Below the pieces are notes generated by a model, which made no database searches, was not told the DNA's origin, and worked only from the letters and a program-made list of their open reading frames with translations. A stretch of 20,000 nucleotides of DNA from Pseudomonadota bacterium (lineage in GTDB: Bacteria; Desulfobacterota; Desulfobacteria; Desulfobacterales; JBDRRP01), in NCBI GenBank assembly GCA_043825735.1, contig JBDRRP010000022.1:49231-69230 (forward strand). The letters are read 5' to 3'. Positions 18,224 to 20,000 of this stretch are shown in pieces. Position 1 is the first letter of the stretch. Every line of letters starts with the position of its first letter. A program made the position numbers and the translations under genes.

Positions 18224-19165
18224 ATGGAAAAGAAAAAAACCGTCGGACTGGTGCTGGGCAGCGGCGCGTCACGGGGATGGGCGCACATCGGCGCCCTGGA
18301 GGCGCTGGACGAAGCGGGCATTCCCGTGGGTATGATCGCCGGCTGCAGCGTGGGCTCCTACGTTGGAACGATTTACGCTTCCGGCGGTCTTGCCAGCCTC
18401 AAGGAATTCGTCCTGCGGATGGACGGGAAAAAGGTGTTTTCCTACTTCGACGTGGTGTTTCCCCGGCACGGGCTGCTCGACGGCACCCGAAAACTCGGGG
18501 AGATGCTTTCCATGCATACCGCGGCAACGACTTTCGAAGAGCTCTCAATTCCTTTGGTGATGGTGGCTACGGATCTGGCTGCCGGTGACAAGGTTGTGCT
18601 CAAGTCCGGAGACCTGTTCGTGGCCTTGAGGGCCACCATGTCAATGCCGGGCCTGTTCGCGCCGGTTCGGATTCAGGGGCGCTGGCTGGTGGACGGCGGC
18701 CTGGTGGATCCGGTCCCGGTGAGCATCGCCCGGGCCATGGGCGCCGATGTGGTGATCGCCGTGGACCTCAACAGTGGCCTGGTGAGCCGGCAGCGGCGCG
18801 ACCGGCTGGCAGCGGAGCGCGATACCGGCGTTCAGGAGGCGCCGGGCGGCGAGCAGAGCGAGTTTATGAAAAAACTTTCGGAGTATTACGACAGCGCGGA
18901 ATCCGTCGTCAAAAAGAAGATCCGGGAAGTGCTCAATTTGGATGACGATATGCCCAATATCATGGACACCGTCGGCACGGCCATCGGCATCATGCAGGAG
19001 CGCATCACCCGCATCAATCTGGCCGTGGACCCTCCCGACATCCTCATCCAGCCGCGATTGGGGGAACTGCGGATGATGGATTTCGATCAGGTGGAAAAGG
19101 CTATCGAGGAAGGCTATCTGGGAATGCAAGAGCGCATGGCGGACATCCGGATGATGCTTGGGTGA
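18224..19165 (+). CDS. Patatin-like phospholipase (RssA/NTE family)
   Basis: LVLGSGASRGWAHIG, GCSVG (GxSxG), LVDGG. Confidence 0.92.
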   Translation: MEKKKTVGLVLGSGASRGWAHIGALEALDEAGIPVGMIAGCSVGSYVGTIYASGGLASLKEFVLRMDGKKVFSYFDVVFPRHGLLDGTRKLGEMLSMHTAATTFEELSIPLVMVATDLAAGDKVVLKSGDLFVALRATMSMPGLFAPVRIQGRWLVDGGLVDPVPVSIARAMGADVVIAVDLNSGLVSRQRRDRLAAERDTGVQEAPGGEQSEFMKKLSEYYDSAESVVKKKIREVLNLDDDMPNIMDTVGTAIGIMQERITRINLAVDPPDILIQPRLGELRMMDFDQVEKAIEEGYLGMQERMADIRMMLG

Positions 19166-19179
19166 AAAGTCTTCTTCAA

Positions 19180-20000
19180 TCACGGATGTTTCGGTGTCGG
19201 TTCTTTCCTTTCATCCAATACCTGTCTGATTTTCCGGGAAAGCTCTGAGATATTGAACGGCTTTTGAATGAAGCCATTGCAGCCCCTTCGCATGATATCC
19301 GTCGCCTGTCCGTTGATGGCGTACCCGCTGGAGAGAATCACGGTCATCTCCGGCATGATTTCACGGATCCGATCGAATGTTTTGCCTCCGTCCATTCCCG
19401 GCATGATCAGGTCAAGGACGACCAGATCAATATTTCCGCCCATGGCCGTTACCTTTTCAATTGCATCTGCGCCGTTATTGCAGGCAATGACGCGATAGCC
19501 CAGCTTTGCCAGCATAGCTTTTCCCACATCGAGGATCATGGCTTCGTCGTCGACCAGAAGAATGGTTTCCGAACCTTTGAGTATTTGTTTTTCCACGGGT
19601 ACTTCAGGATGCACCGCTTTATCGGATATCTGCAAATAGATGTTGAAAGTGGTGCCGTGGTTGCGCTCGCTGTATACGGTGATGATGCCGCCATGGTTTT
19701 GAATGATGCCGTATGCCGACGCCAGCCCCAGGCCGACGCCCCGGCTCTTTTCCTTGGTCGTAAAAAATGGGTCGAAGACACGCCGGCGCGTGGATTCATT
19801 CATGCCGATGCCGGTATCGGTAACGGAAATTTTGGCGTAAGGACCCGGTTTCGTTTGGTATGGCCGGCAGTAATCGTCGTCGAGCACAGCGCTGTTTGTT
19901 TCTAAATAGAGTTCTCCCCCATCGGGCATGGCCTGCCATGCGTTGACATAAAGATTCAAGAGCACCTGCTCGATTTGTCTTTTATCCGCCTCGACAACGA
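19180..20000 (-). CDS. Hybrid sensor histidine kinase (HATPase_c plus receiver), partial, continues beyond window end
   Basis: QIEQVLLNLYVNA N-box, DTGIGM, FDPFFTTK, GVGLGLA; receiver ILLVDDE, LDLIMP, FIQKP. Frame is open to 20000. Confidence 0.93.
   Translation of the reverse strand, partial: VVEADKRQIEQVLLNLYVNAWQAMPDGGELYLETNSAVLDDDYCRPYQTKPGPYAKISVTDTGIGMNESTRRRVFDPFFTTKEKSRGVGLGLASAYGIIQNHGGIITVYSERNHGTTFNIYLQISDKAVHPEVPVEKQILKGSETILLVDDEAMILDVGKAMLAKLGYRVIACNNGADAIEKVTAMGGNIDLVVLDLIMPGMDGGKTFDRIREIMPEMTVILSSGYAINGQATDIMRRGCNGFIQKPFNISELSRKIRQVLDERKEPTPKHP

Overview
GC-rich bacterial chromosomal segment; gene content and repeat style suggest a Desulfobacterota-type deltaproteobacterium (inference only). 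Gene order: partial lon, two divergent Hsp20 genes, MFS transporter, DUF401 membrane protein, MBL-fold hydrolase, a 48-codon remnant of a HAD hydrolase, a four-helix-bundle (23S-IVP/Avd-like) protein with 'suffix' domain, typA, a CheX-like/receiver fusion, TetR, a membrane-anchored NTF2-like protein, ettA, an ATP-grasp/esterase pair, a core (MesD-like) methionine synthase, a Ysc84/SYLF protein, a patatin, and a partial hybrid histidine kinase. The most unusual structure is four ~130-150 bp palindromic elements at 2801-6708, each built of CACGGAC units at mostly 10-bp spacing facing GTCCGTG units across a related 30-37 nt asymmetric spacer. They cluster around the four-helix-bundle gene: one lies upstream, one is inserted in frame inside it, one supplies the stop codon of a downstream gene. 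This suggests a candidate protein-plus-repeat system. A second palindromic short-unit family (ATCGNN) and a decayed GTAG-type REP also occur. All calls are by eye from motifs; no database searches were run.
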